Below, piece by piece: positions 29,755 to 38,855 of a DNA stretch of 64,000 bases. The DNA is from Bdellovibrionales bacterium (GTDB lineage Bacteria; Bdellovibrionota; Bdellovibrionia; Bdellovibrionales; UBA1609), in the NCBI GenBank assembly GCA_027459485.1, contig DAIDIG010000001.1:257989-321988 (forward strand), read 5' to 3'. The translations under genes and the position numbers were made by a program. The first letter of the stretch is position 1; the number at the start of each line of letters is the position of its first letter. Below the pieces are notes generated by a model, which was not told the DNA's origin, did no database searches, and saw nothing but the letters and a program-made list of their open reading frames with translations.

Positions 29755-30418
29755 GCGTTTCGAGTTGATTGTCGAGATCCAGCAGTTGAGTGTGGGCCGT
29801 TTGCCAATCATTCGTGTAATGCTGAAGTTCAGCTTCTTCGGCCAGTTTGTCTTGCTCAACTTCGTCAGTGCTCATGTTTTTGAACGACTGTAGCTCTTCA
29901 TGACGCTTAAAATTGCTCCAGACTTTGTAAATGGCAATCGGCACGGCCGCGACCCAAATTGAACGGCGAACGACCGCTTTGCCAAGTAACGGATACTTTT
30001 CAAGAAACTGAACGAGAGCCGAGTCAGCAAATCGTGAAAAAAGTCTCGGTACTAACTGAAAATCAGTACCGTAGCCGATGCTGCCAGCCGCTCCGCCGAC
30101 AACACTTGCATAGGCCCACGGATGCTCGGCTTCAATTATGCTCCGGGGTTTGAAGCTCGAGCGATCCGAATTCTGGTAGTCTTCGATAAAAGTAAGATCG
30201 TCGCTTAAAACATTCATGGCACTTTTATCGTAATTCACACGCTCAACCAGTTTCGTACGCCGCAGTTCGAGCTCGTCGGTCCGCTCTCGAACCTGTTGAA
30301 TGGTCGCATTTTGGGTCAATGGAGTCGGTAGAGGTTGTAGGTTTGTAGACGCGGCCAAACTCATGCTTGACCAAGCTACAGCGGAAATACCAATAGAAAT
30401 AACGATTACAAATTTCAT
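29717..30418 (-). CDS. Exported coiled-coil / hydrophobic-core hypothetical protein (233 aa)
   Basis: Signal peptide MKFVIVISIGISAVAWSSMSLAAS. Coiled-coil-like N- and C-terminal segments flank a G/A-rich patch (ASVVGGAAGSIGYG) and a hydrophobic helix (IWVAAVPIAIYKVW). Confidence 0.6.
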   Translation of the reverse strand: MKFVIVISIGISAVAWSSMSLAASTNLQPLPTPLTQNATIQQVRERTDELELRRTKLVERVNYDKSAMNVLSDDLTFIEDYQNSDRSSFKPRSIIEAEHPWAYASVVGGAAGSIGYGTDFQLVPRLFSRFADSALVQFLEKYPLLGKAVVRRSIWVAAVPIAIYKVWSNFKRHEELQSFKNMSTDEVEQDKLAEEAELQHYTNDWQTAHTQLLDLDNQLETLNGLIAVDQSPK

Positions 30419-30423
30419 TTTAC

Positions 30424-31092
30424 TTACTCCTTTATCATAGATTTAAGCGGTGAATATTGGGCTTGCGCCGAGTAGTGCGCTTGGTTGAATCGGTCGAATG
30501 AATCGTACGGCCGAAGTTGAGCGTCGAGATTGGTGATTTCTGTGTCGAGCTGGCCAATTTGGCCAACTAAATTCGTTTCTGTGTGTCGGATCTGAACATA
30601 AAGTGACTCTTTATCCGTAGAATTCAATACTTGTTCGATCGGATAATAGTATTTAAGTCCATCGACGTAAATGTAATAAGCGGCAACCCCGAGGCCTACA
30701 ACCGCGGGTGTGACTTTCGCGAGCTTCCAAAACGTTGTGTCTGGCAAAAGTGCGAATCGACTGACAGCCCACGCGCCGCCAGCCGATATACCGGCGCCGC
30801 TGCTGGCGGCAATCGTCGCATGAACGGCTGCGAGCTTAGCGACTTCTCCTAGCACTGTTGGGTTCTTACCCGTCCAATAGTCGACGAGCGTTTTCACTTG
30901 AACGCGGCAGGCGTCGAGCTCTTGTTCGGCTGCTGTCCGTTGATCTTTAATTTGCTGGCGCTCGATTCGTAGCTTCGCGACTTGGTCCGTCGTGAGCACA
31001 TTGTTGGCGGTTATTATCGTCGCCTGTGCAATCGCCGTATTCGCCATCGCTGCTACTGATAGCACGACTATCAATTCTAGCATTGTGCGCAT
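30424..31092 (-). CDS. Exported coiled-coil / hydrophobic-core hypothetical protein (222 aa), same architecture as its neighbour
   Basis: Signal peptide LELIVVLSVAAMANTAIAQA. Coiled coil, a G/A-rich patch (AASSGAGISAGGAWA), a hydrophobic helix (VTPAVVGLGVAAYYIYV), then a C-terminal coiled coil. Confidence 0.6.
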   Translation of the reverse strand: MRTMLELIVVLSVAAMANTAIAQATIITANNVLTTDQVAKLRIERQQIKDQRTAAEQELDACRVQVKTLVDYWTGKNPTVLGEVAKLAAVHATIAASSGAGISAGGAWAVSRFALLPDTTFWKLAKVTPAVVGLGVAAYYIYVDGLKYYYPIEQVLNSTDKESLYVQIRHTETNLVGQIGQLDTEITNLDAQLRPYDSFDRFNQAHYSAQAQYSPLKSMIKE

Positions 31093-31198
31093 ATCCCCTC
31101 CGTCAAAATTTCGTGCGTACGGGTAGCATTGCTTAGCCGCCTCGCACTGTTGAGCGCTGGACTATACTGAATGAGAAAATCAAATGGCAGAGAAAGAT

Positions 31199-31615
31199 TT
31201 ACAAAACACCGATTGCTTTGAGCCATTCATCGGTGGCTCGAACGAGCTTGCGGTTTTTAAGGTCGAAAAGCGCGATAGTGAGTTCAATCACTGCGCATTC
31301 TTCACCCTTCTCGTTGAGCATGCGTTGGCGAACGCGGCCGAATTTCGAATTGAACTCAAGAGTTTCGGATTCAACGGTGACGCGCTCCCGTAATTTGAGT
31401 TCACGTTTGTATTTTATTTCGAGACCTAGAATTGTTGGCCCGATTTTTTCTTTCTGAACTCGCTCAAGACCATATCCTCGAGCCGTTACGAATTCCCAGC
31501 GCGCTTGCTCGAACAATTGCAAATAGGTGGCGTGATTCATGTGCCCGAACGTATCGAGATGGGTTTCAAGAACGGTGAACTGCCAACTGAACTTTTTATT
31601 CGCTTGATCTGCCAT
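31199..31615 (-). CDS. Acyl-CoA thioesterase, 4HBT/YbgC-like hotdog fold
   Basis: 138 aa. The motif LDTFGHMNHATYLQLFEQARWEF is typical of YbgC/4HBT class thioesterases. Confidence 0.75.
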   Translation of the reverse strand: MADQANKKFSWQFTVLETHLDTFGHMNHATYLQLFEQARWEFVTARGYGLERVQKEKIGPTILGLEIKYKRELKLRERVTVESETLEFNSKFGRVRQRMLNEKGEECAVIELTIALFDLKNRKLVRATDEWLKAIGVL

Positions 31616-31650
31616 AATAGAAGCATCGTCCTTCTTTCAGGGGCGGTGAT

Positions 31651-32895
31651 TTAAGCAGCTGCCGCCGGATTTTTTGTAACCCTGTGAAGATAATAGAGGA
31701 GTGACAGGCCTGGCAACGCCAACAGCGCTGAAAAAATAAAAAATCCGCCGAAACCAAACACATCAACAAAATGCCCCGCTGTTGAAGAAATCAATACGCG
31801 TGGAATATTTACGAGAGACATGAATAAGGCATATTGCGTCGCCGTAAAATTGCGATTACTCAGTGTCGCGAGATATGCGATAAGCGCGGTCGCGTTCATG
31901 CCGGTTGAAAAGTCTTCGAAAAATACGACTGTGGCCAGCATCGGAATACTGTGCCCCATCACATTCAGTATTGCGAATGTGCAGGTCGAAAGAGCCTGCA
32001 TCAACCCGAACAGAAACAGCGAACGGTAGACCCCAAGTCGAAGTATCAGGATGCCGCCGAGAAACCCGCCGACCGTAACGGAAATCGGTGTGAATGACTT
32101 GGCCACGACGCCGATTTCAACCGGGGTGAAGCCAAGATGTACATAAAAATTCGAAAACATATTCGCGGCCATCGCGTCGCCGAGCTTGTAGAGCAAAATA
32201 AAACACAAAATCACAATCGCGTGATCGCGCTCAAAAAACTCGCGAAACGGGAGCCAAACCGCCTGTTTGAGTGTTCGCGGCACATGTTCAACCGTAGGTT
32301 CGTCCGCGAAAACGGACGTAATAAGCCCGACCACGGCGCCGAACGACACAATCCGAAAAACGGAATTCCAGCTCATGTGACCTGCCAGAATAACGGCAAG
32401 CCCGCCCGTGATCCACATCGCCACCCTATAGCCCATGTTGTAATACGAGGCGCCAAGACCGATCTCTTCGTCGGGCAAAATCTCGCGCCGATACGCATCG
32501 ACGACCGTGTCCTGGCTGGCGCTCATGAAGGCGAGAATAAGTGCGCCCGCCATCATCCACTTTGTTTGCTTGATCGGGTCGAGCATCGACATCAGCCAAA
32601 TCGCGCCAAAAACGCCGATCTGCGTGACGATCAGCCAGCCGCGACGCCGGCCCATGCCAAGAATTTTATAGCGGTCCAAAAGCGGCGACCAAAGAAATTT
32701 TAAACTGTAAGGCAAACCTATCAGTGCAATGGTGCCGACAAGTACGTTGCTCGCTCCGCGGTAGGCGAACCAAAGTTGAAGCGTGCGAGAGGTGAGGAGC
32801 AGCGGTAAGCCCGAAGAAAAGCCAAGCAGCAAATTGACGAGCATGTTCTTTTTCGAAAGTAAGTTTAAAAACTCGCGCGCCGATTTAATCCCCAT
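31651..32895 (-). CDS. ampG: MFS transporter of the AmpG (muropeptide permease) family
   Basis: LLLGFSSGLPLLLTSRTLQLWF resembles E. coli AmpG LILGFASGLPLALTSGTLQAWM. About 12 TM segments. Confidence 0.75.
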   Translation of the reverse strand: MGIKSAREFLNLLSKKNMLVNLLLGFSSGLPLLLTSRTLQLWFAYRGASNVLVGTIALIGLPYSLKFLWSPLLDRYKILGMGRRRGWLIVTQIGVFGAIWLMSMLDPIKQTKWMMAGALILAFMSASQDTVVDAYRREILPDEEIGLGASYYNMGYRVAMWITGGLAVILAGHMSWNSVFRIVSFGAVVGLITSVFADEPTVEHVPRTLKQAVWLPFREFFERDHAIVILCFILLYKLGDAMAANMFSNFYVHLGFTPVEIGVVAKSFTPISVTVGGFLGGILILRLGVYRSLFLFGLMQALSTCTFAILNVMGHSIPMLATVVFFEDFSTGMNATALIAYLATLSNRNFTATQYALFMSLVNIPRVLISSTAGHFVDVFGFGGFFIFSALLALPGLSLLYYLHRVTKNPAAAA

Positions 32896-32945
32896 GATTT
32901 CAATGGTCGCTTGCGCTTTAGCGAAGAGTCAATCATGATTATCAA

Positions 32946-33908
32946 ATGGTATCGGTACTCACCCGCGAACAAGCGCTCAAAAAATTAGAAGAATTGAGCG
33001 GTCTTCGCGCATACCCGGCGATGTATTCATCGATCTACGGAGGCATTGTAACCGACCCGGCGTTGATGGTTTTGCCGCTCGACGATCACATGGTTCATCG
33101 TGGCGATGGAATTTTTGAAGCCATTCGGTCAACGCAAAACGGGTTTTATCTGTTGCAAGAACATCTCGCGCGCCTTGAGAAATCCGCTGCGATGATCGGG
33201 CTTGCGGTGCCGACGTCCAATATCGCGCAGATTGCGGCCGAGTTGCACCGTGTAGCGAATGTCGAGCGGGGGATGCTCCGTATTTTTGTGAGTCGCGGGC
33301 TGGGTGATTTTTCGCCGAACCCATACGCTACTTCGGGCAGCCAGCTGTACATGATCTTGACCGCATCGCCTGCGGCCGCGGCGGAGAAGTATGAGAAAGG
33401 CGCACGCCTTTGCTTTTCGGATGTGGCCGTCAAACCCGGCGCATTTTCGAAAGTAAAAAGCTGTAATTATTTACCGAACGTGATGATGAAGAAAGAAGCG
33501 ATCGACCGCCGGTACGACTTCGCCATTAGTCGCACCGATAAACGACAGATCGCTGAAGGCCCGACTGAAAATATACTGGTATGGTTGAAAAACGGTGACT
33601 TGGTCGCGCCAAAATTCGATTACACTTTGCGAGGTACCACACTCGTTCGAATTTTGGAATTGGCCCGCGCGAATCGCGAACAGCTTTTGCGCGACAACCT
33701 TGTGGTCGCCGCGATCGATACGCGCGATATACATGAAGAAGATTTATATACGGCTAAAGAAGTGATGATGGTCGGTACAACTCTTGAAGTAATGCCGGTC
33801 ACTGAAATTGAAATTCAGAAAATTTCGAACGGTAAAGTTGGTTTGCTCGCGCGCCGATTGCGCCAAATGCTTCAACAGGACATCGAACGTTCATCAGTTG
33901 GACTCTAA
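32946..33908 (+). CDS. Class IV (fold type IV) PLP aminotransferase (BCAT/DAAT/ADCL family)
   Basis: DDHMVHRGDGIFEAIR, the size (320 aa) and a C-terminal EVMMVGTTLEVMPV motif. Confidence 0.75.
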   Translation: MVSVLTREQALKKLEELSGLRAYPAMYSSIYGGIVTDPALMVLPLDDHMVHRGDGIFEAIRSTQNGFYLLQEHLARLEKSAAMIGLAVPTSNIAQIAAELHRVANVERGMLRIFVSRGLGDFSPNPYATSGSQLYMILTASPAAAAEKYEKGARLCFSDVAVKPGAFSKVKSCNYLPNVMMKKEAIDRRYDFAISRTDKRQIAEGPTENILVWLKNGDLVAPKFDYTLRGTTLVRILELARANREQLLRDNLVVAAIDTRDIHEEDLYTAKEVMMVGTTLEVMPVTEIEIQKISNGKVGLLARRLRQMLQQDIERSSVGL

Positions 33909-34020
33909 TCCGTTGCGATGTGAATGCCCCCGCGCTGCACTGGAAAATATTGCACATTGATAACAGCCCAGCGTTCAGCGATAACTTCACCATCCGTTAA
34001 GAAAACTTAAGGAGGGTGAG

Positions 34021-34437
34021 GTGAAAGCTTCATACGGTAAAGGAATTCTGAAGTGGGCTGTCGTTGTTGGGGTGCTTTTTGTTGAACCAGCGATTGCGCA
34101 ATCGATTGTTGTTTGCACTGGAGCCGGGGGCAGCATTGAGGTGGATCAGGCGGGCGGCCCGAACGGCCCGATAAGTATGACCATCCGTAGTTCCGCTCTC
34201 ATCCAAAATATTATCGCGAGCGGGTTTATCAGCGAATCGGATCTCAATGCTAGAGGCGACATGGTTATACCGATGAACGAAATCAATTGGGGGCATAAAG
34301 ATTCGCGCTACTTCTCTCTCGATGCGGACGGCATGGGTGGATATATTTTTACGGTTCGCTACGGTGACGGTCGAATGCTGGGCCGCGTGCTCGCGAACTT
34401 TCATTTTATGAAAGCAAATTGCCAAGTGCACCTCTAG
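34021..34437 (+). CDS. Small secreted hypothetical protein
   Basis: GTG start preceded by AAGGAGG. Signal peptide ILKWAVVVGVLFVEPAIAQS. Preferred over the antisense ORF 34030..34431, which has no signal or SD. Confidence 0.55.
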   Translation: MKASYGKGILKWAVVVGVLFVEPAIAQSIVVCTGAGGSIEVDQAGGPNGPISMTIRSSALIQNIIASGFISESDLNARGDMVIPMNEINWGHKDSRYFSLDADGMGGYIFTVRYGDGRMLGRVLANFHFMKANCQVHL

Positions 34438-34545
34438 ACCAAGTCAGGGCGAGTGTAGGCTGCACCTTTTCTCATCGCTTGCGGCGAGGTTTCAATTTAC
34501 TGAGTAATCTGCTCATATTTTTTCTATTGTTCATTCCCTTCTTGA

Positions 34546-35277
34546 TTGCAATTCATCGACCGCCTAGACTCGGGTGTGGTGGGCAATATCAGTTTAATCG
34601 AAATTTTGGCGAAGCTCGGGGTGGAGTTCATTCCGTTCCTATTTGCGCTGTGTTTTCACGAGTACGCCCACGCCTATATAGCTAAACGTCGCGGTGATAA
34701 TACCGCGCAATTGATGGGGCGTCTGACGCTCAACCCGTTCGCCCATTCCGATTTGATCGGGACATGGGTCTTGCCGATTGCCGGTATATTGGCCGGTCTC
34801 GGCGGTTTTAATGGTGGCGCGGGGTTTATTTTCGGCTGGGCCAAGCCCGTGCCAGTGAATTCGCGTAATTTCAAACGCCCCCGTGAAGACATGTTTTGGG
34901 TGGCCTTTGCCGGGCCATTGTCGAACTTGCTTTTGGCTGCAGTCGCGATCGTTCTGTATATCATACTGGGCGTTGCCGTGCATGACCCGAGCCTGCTCGA
35001 TGCGATCGAGACCATGTTATCCCATTTTGTTCTGATCAATATGCTATTGGCCGTTTTCAATTTGATCCCGCTCTATCCTCTCGACGGTGCCAAAATTTTA
35101 GAGCGTTTTGTACCGTACTCTTGGAGCCGGTTTCTTGAAGAGCACCAGAACATGTTGCAAATTTTGCTCATCGTCTTTTTCATCGCGGGCGGGTTTCAGG
35201 TTTTGGCCATTCCCATAGACTGGATGACAAATACGATGTTCCGCGTCATTTCGGCTATTTTATCGCCGCTTCTTTGA
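34546..35277 (+). CDS. Site-2 protease family (peptidase M50) membrane metalloprotease
   Basis: HEYAHAYIA (HExxH inside a TM helix) and NLIPLYPLDGAKI (NxxPxxxLDG). Multiple TM segments. The TTG start is uncertain. Confidence 0.8.
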   Translation: MQFIDRLDSGVVGNISLIEILAKLGVEFIPFLFALCFHEYAHAYIAKRRGDNTAQLMGRLTLNPFAHSDLIGTWVLPIAGILAGLGGFNGGAGFIFGWAKPVPVNSRNFKRPREDMFWVAFAGPLSNLLLAAVAIVLYIILGVAVHDPSLLDAIETMLSHFVLINMLLAVFNLIPLYPLDGAKILERFVPYSWSRFLEEHQNMLQILLIVFFIAGGFQVLAIPIDWMTNTMFRVISAILSPLL

Positions 35278-35319
35278 TTCAAAGTTGATTGAATCACTCG
35301 ACCTTAGTTTAATTTCGCT

Positions 35320-36300
35320 ATGGGTGTTGTTATTCATATCGACCGCTTTTCGGGGCCGCTCGCGCTGCTTCTTCATCTGATTCGCCAAGAAGAGATGGAT
35401 ATTTTTGATATCAATATCCACGAGATCACGCGGCAGTATTTAGATTCGATCAAAACGATGAAAAAAATGAATCTCGAAGTGGCGGGCGATTTTATCGCCA
35501 TGGCTGCGACGCTGATTCAAATCAAGTCACGCATGTTGCTGCCTCAATATAACGAAGAGGGCGAGGTCGTTGAAGAGGCGGATCCGCGGCGAGATTTGGT
35601 CCGTCGCCTGATGGAGTATCAAGCGTATCAGGACGCCGGCCATAACTTGTATAAGCGCTCACTTCTCGGTCGTGACGTGTGGGCGCGCGGTTCGCGCGAA
35701 GAGTTCGACGTAAAAGACGATTCGATCGCCATGGACGAAGACAATGCGCTTTATTCTTTGATTGCGGTTTATCGCTCAATCATGAAAAAGGCCAAAAAGG
35801 CCGTGCACCGTGTAGGGGTCAGTTTGCAATCGATCGCCGATCGTGTGCGTGAACTGGCGGGGCGTTTGCGCGTCGGTGAAACGGCGACGCTTTCGGGTCT
35901 TGTCGGGGTGAGCGGCGACGGCGCAATGGCTGGCACTCTGGCATTGGATCAAACTCGTGATCGACTTCTGATCACGTTTTTGTCGCTTCTTGAACTCGCG
36001 AAAATGGGGTTTGTGCATCTCTTTCAAAGCGACACGTTTTCTGATATTCACATCGAAACAAAAGCGCCGATTGATACGGCCGCCATTTCGCAAATGGAGA
36101 ACTACGATTCACAAGCCACGGCCTTGAATACTTCGGCTGAAATCTGGCTCAGCGACAGCGATCGTGAAAATGTCGAAGAAGCTCAGATGGAATTGACCAC
36201 TCAAACAAATGTCGCGAGCCAGGAGCCGGCGATTGATGCGGCCACCGATGCTGAAATCGATGCCGCGATTCATGAAATCGATCAGGAGCAACAGGCATGA
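35320..36300 (+). CDS. scpA: Segregation and condensation protein A
   Basis: FSGPLALLLHLIRQEEMDIFDINIHEITRQYL is the classic ScpA N-terminus. There is an ATGA overlap with scpB. Confidence 0.9.
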   Translation: MGVVIHIDRFSGPLALLLHLIRQEEMDIFDINIHEITRQYLDSIKTMKKMNLEVAGDFIAMAATLIQIKSRMLLPQYNEEGEVVEEADPRRDLVRRLMEYQAYQDAGHNLYKRSLLGRDVWARGSREEFDVKDDSIAMDEDNALYSLIAVYRSIMKKAKKAVHRVGVSLQSIADRVRELAGRLRVGETATLSGLVGVSGDGAMAGTLALDQTRDRLLITFLSLLELAKMGFVHLFQSDTFSDIHIETKAPIDTAAISQMENYDSQATALNTSAEIWLSDSDRENVEEAQMELTTQTNVASQEPAIDAATDAEIDAAIHEIDQEQQA

Positions 36301-37361
36301 ATGATGAAAACGAAAAAAATGAAACTGAATTAGAAGAAAATGAAAATGAAAATGAGTCAGAGGCAGTCAGCTTGCAATCTGCTGAAGCCAGTGAAGCCGC
36401 CGATGAGTTGTCATCATTTGATGCAGCCGATATTGAACAGGTCGAGCAGTTGGGTGAAGCTGAAATTGCCGCGATCGTCGAAGCTCAGCTATTTGCGACC
36501 GACAAACCGCAGTCCATCGCGGTTTTGAAGACGGCGTTTCAAGGTACAACCGTGCGCGCCGCCGATATTCGCGCGGCGATCGAACGGTTACAACTCGAGT
36601 ATTCGAATCCGAATCGTGGAGTGTATATCGAAGAAGTGACGGGTGCGTACCAGCTGCGCTCGAAGCCCGAACTGCAAAAATATTTGCACCGTATGCTCAA
36701 AATGCGGCCGTTTCGGCTCTCGGGGCCGGCGCTCGAAGTCTTATCGATTGTGGCTTACAAACAGCCTTGCACAAAAGCCATGGTCGATGAAGTTCGCGGA
36801 GTTGAATCGGGCCACCTCATGCGCGCGCTTTTAGATCGTGGTCTCATTCATTTCGGCGAAAAAAGTGAACTGCCCGGCCGGCCGATGTATTACGAAACAA
36901 CGCGACGGTTTCTTGAGGTTTTTGGTCTGCGCAATATTCAAGAGCTGCCGGCGCTTCATGAAATCGATCAGCTCATCCCTGAAGGCATCGGCGACGAGAC
37001 CGTGCAAGCGCCTCAGCTGGCGGATTTGACCGGCGAACTCTCGACAGAAGTCACGGCGAAAACGTATTCTGAAAACGAAGACGAGCTGACGGATATTTCA
37101 GCCGAGTTAAGAACGATCGATACGACCAGCGAATTTTTCGAAGAAGAGCGGCGCCGCGCGCGAGAAAAACGCGATGCCGAGCGCGCGCAAGATATTCGCG
37201 AACGGTTGACCGTCGGTGAAGCGGTTGATCACAAAGATCAGAGCTGGCTGGCGCGATATGAAAGTGCAAACTCCGCCGAATCACCTGTAGAGGCCAATGT
37301 TGAACCATCAGACGCTCCCGCAGAGCGCGGTTCAGGCACCGATGCGCCACCAGTGGCTTAA
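36297..37361 (+). CDS. scpB: Segregation and condensation protein B with acidic N-terminal and long C-terminal extensions
   Basis: IVEAQLFATDKPQSIAVLK..., then winged-helix repeats (LEVLSIVAYKQPCTKAMVDEVRGV, GRPMYYETT.RFLEVFGL). Confidence 0.88.
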   Translation: MNDENEKNETELEENENENESEAVSLQSAEASEAADELSSFDAADIEQVEQLGEAEIAAIVEAQLFATDKPQSIAVLKTAFQGTTVRAADIRAAIERLQLEYSNPNRGVYIEEVTGAYQLRSKPELQKYLHRMLKMRPFRLSGPALEVLSIVAYKQPCTKAMVDEVRGVESGHLMRALLDRGLIHFGEKSELPGRPMYYETTRRFLEVFGLRNIQELPALHEIDQLIPEGIGDETVQAPQLADLTGELSTEVTAKTYSENEDELTDISAELRTIDTTSEFFEEERRRAREKRDAERAQDIRERLTVGEAVDHKDQSWLARYESANSAESPVEANVEPSDAPAERGSGTDAPPVA

Positions 37362-37899
37362 AGTTTTTTTATCGATCTTCGCGGTTTGGCATATATTTTC
37401 GATTTTCGTTTTGCCGGATCCCGATAGCATCGTGTACCGGCATCTTACGCGATCGGTAGTGCCGTACGGTAACCTTATTGGCTTTAACAACACTTGGCGT
37501 TTTTTCTCGCCGAATCCTCTCATCCGTCTGCTTGAGTATGACGTTTTCACCCGCGACTCGAGCGGCAATCTTCGTCTGCTCACGAGCGGGCGCTACCCGA
37601 GGCGGCTCGAACATGAAGGCAATCGCGAGGTGTACAACCGTAAGCTCAATAGCGGGATGTTTCTAATGATTCAAAACAAAGTGCCGGTCACGATCGGTCG
37701 CGTTTTGTGCCGCCAATATGCGAATGCGGATACGATCGCCATTTATTTGCGCGGGCGAGTCTTCCCCGAAATCGAAAAGGCGGATCTCGCTTATGAAGGT
37801 CAGCACGTGACGAACTTGGGCGAGGTGGTGAGACAATACATGTTTGATATTCATTGCGCTGATGTTCGGTCAGGCGTCGGCGGGAGTGGCGGGGCATGA
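37342..37899 (+). CDS. Membrane-anchored hypothetical protein, SdpA/DUF5819-like partner of HTTM proteins (tentative)
   Basis: ORF 37297..37899 trimmed to MRHQWLKVFLSIFAVWHIFSIFVL (TM helix). Motif NNTWRFFSPNP (W-x-F-F-x-P-x-P). ATGA overlap with the downstream HTTM gene. Confidence 0.5.
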   Translation: MRHQWLKVFLSIFAVWHIFSIFVLPDPDSIVYRHLTRSVVPYGNLIGFNNTWRFFSPNPLIRLLEYDVFTRDSSGNLRLLTSGRYPRRLEHEGNREVYNRKLNSGMFLMIQNKVPVTIGRVLCRQYANADTIAIYLRGRVFPEIEKADLAYEGQHVTNLGEVVRQYMFDIHCADVRSGVGGSGGA

Positions 37900-38855
37900 A
37901 CGCGCTTTTGGCGATCGTAGGACGTAAAGTCAAAGTCGCGATTGCGTCGTGGGATAACTTCTTTTTTTCAACTCTTGATCTTTACAATGTGTCATTGTTT
38001 CGATGTCTGTTCGGGATTGCGCTGTTTTTTATGTACCTCGAGCGCGACAATGCAGCCGGTCTCTTTTTTATGAATCACGGGATTATCCCCGTCCACCAAG
38101 CATTGGCCATCATACCCGAAGGCTACAAACCGGTGATCGCGCTTTTTCTGCAAACCGATCGCGGCATTCAGGTGCAATTGATAGCGCATCTCGTGCTCAT
38201 CGCGCTTTTCGCCGTCGGCGCATTTGGCCGATCGCTCACGTGGCTTCTTTTTTTGGTGAATCTCGGTTTGAATCAGCGTGACTTTTCGATCGTATACGGC
38301 GCCGACTTGTTTGCTAATTGCTGGCTTTTTTATTTGTGTTTCGTCGACCACAACCGGTATTTTTCAATTTGGAACGTACTGAAGAGCAGTCGAAGGCCCA
38401 GCAAAGAGAACGACGACTCGGGGATGAGCGACATCGTGTCATCATTCGGCGTGCGTCTTTTGCAAATTCAGCTTTGCGTTTCGTATGCCTTCACCGGTTT
38501 TGAAAAACTCAAAGGTCTTCGTTGGTGGGAAGGCACGGCCGTCTGGTACGTCATCGGTATGGAAGACCTCATCCCGCACGATTTGGCTTTTATGAAGCAT
38601 TTTCCGATGACGGTCGGGCTTCTTTCGATGGCCACAATCATTTTTGAGGTCTATTTTATTTTTGCCGTGTGGAGCAAGCGATTGCGTTACCCGTGGCTCT
38701 TCGCCGGGTTTTGCTTTCATCTCGGAACCGCTGTGTTTATGGGGCTTTGGTATTTCTTTCTTGTTATGGTGACTCCGTATATTTTGTTTCTGCCGAATGT
38801 CCGAAATGCAGTCGCAGCGGCTTGGAAGGTTGAGAGGCCGTATGATTTACCTTAA
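37896..38855 (+). CDS. HTTM-domain (vitamin K-dependent gamma-carboxylase-like / SdpB-like) membrane protein
   Basis: 319 aa polytopic protein. N-terminal LFRCLFGIALFFMYLER and the later aromatic-rich TM segments match the HTTM pattern as I recall it. Confidence 0.6.
   Translation: MNALLAIVGRKVKVAIASWDNFFFSTLDLYNVSLFRCLFGIALFFMYLERDNAAGLFFMNHGIIPVHQALAIIPEGYKPVIALFLQTDRGIQVQLIAHLVLIALFAVGAFGRSLTWLLFLVNLGLNQRDFSIVYGADLFANCWLFYLCFVDHNRYFSIWNVLKSSRRPSKENDDSGMSDIVSSFGVRLLQIQLCVSYAFTGFEKLKGLRWWEGTAVWYVIGMEDLIPHDLAFMKHFPMTVGLLSMATIIFEVYFIFAVWSKRLRYPWLFAGFCFHLGTAVFMGLWYFFLVMVTPYILFLPNVRNAVAAAWKVERPYDLP

Noticed and set aside
34030-34431. 133 aa minus-strand ORF mirroring the 138 aa plus-strand ORF
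   Set aside because: The plus-strand ORF has AAGGAGG plus GTG and a clear signal peptide. The minus-strand product is His/Arg/Asn-rich with no start context.
36336-36353. (GAAAAT)x3 microsatellite-like repeat
   Set aside because: It lies inside the acidic N-terminal tail of scpB and simply encodes ENENEN. It is low-complexity coding sequence, not an independent repeat element.
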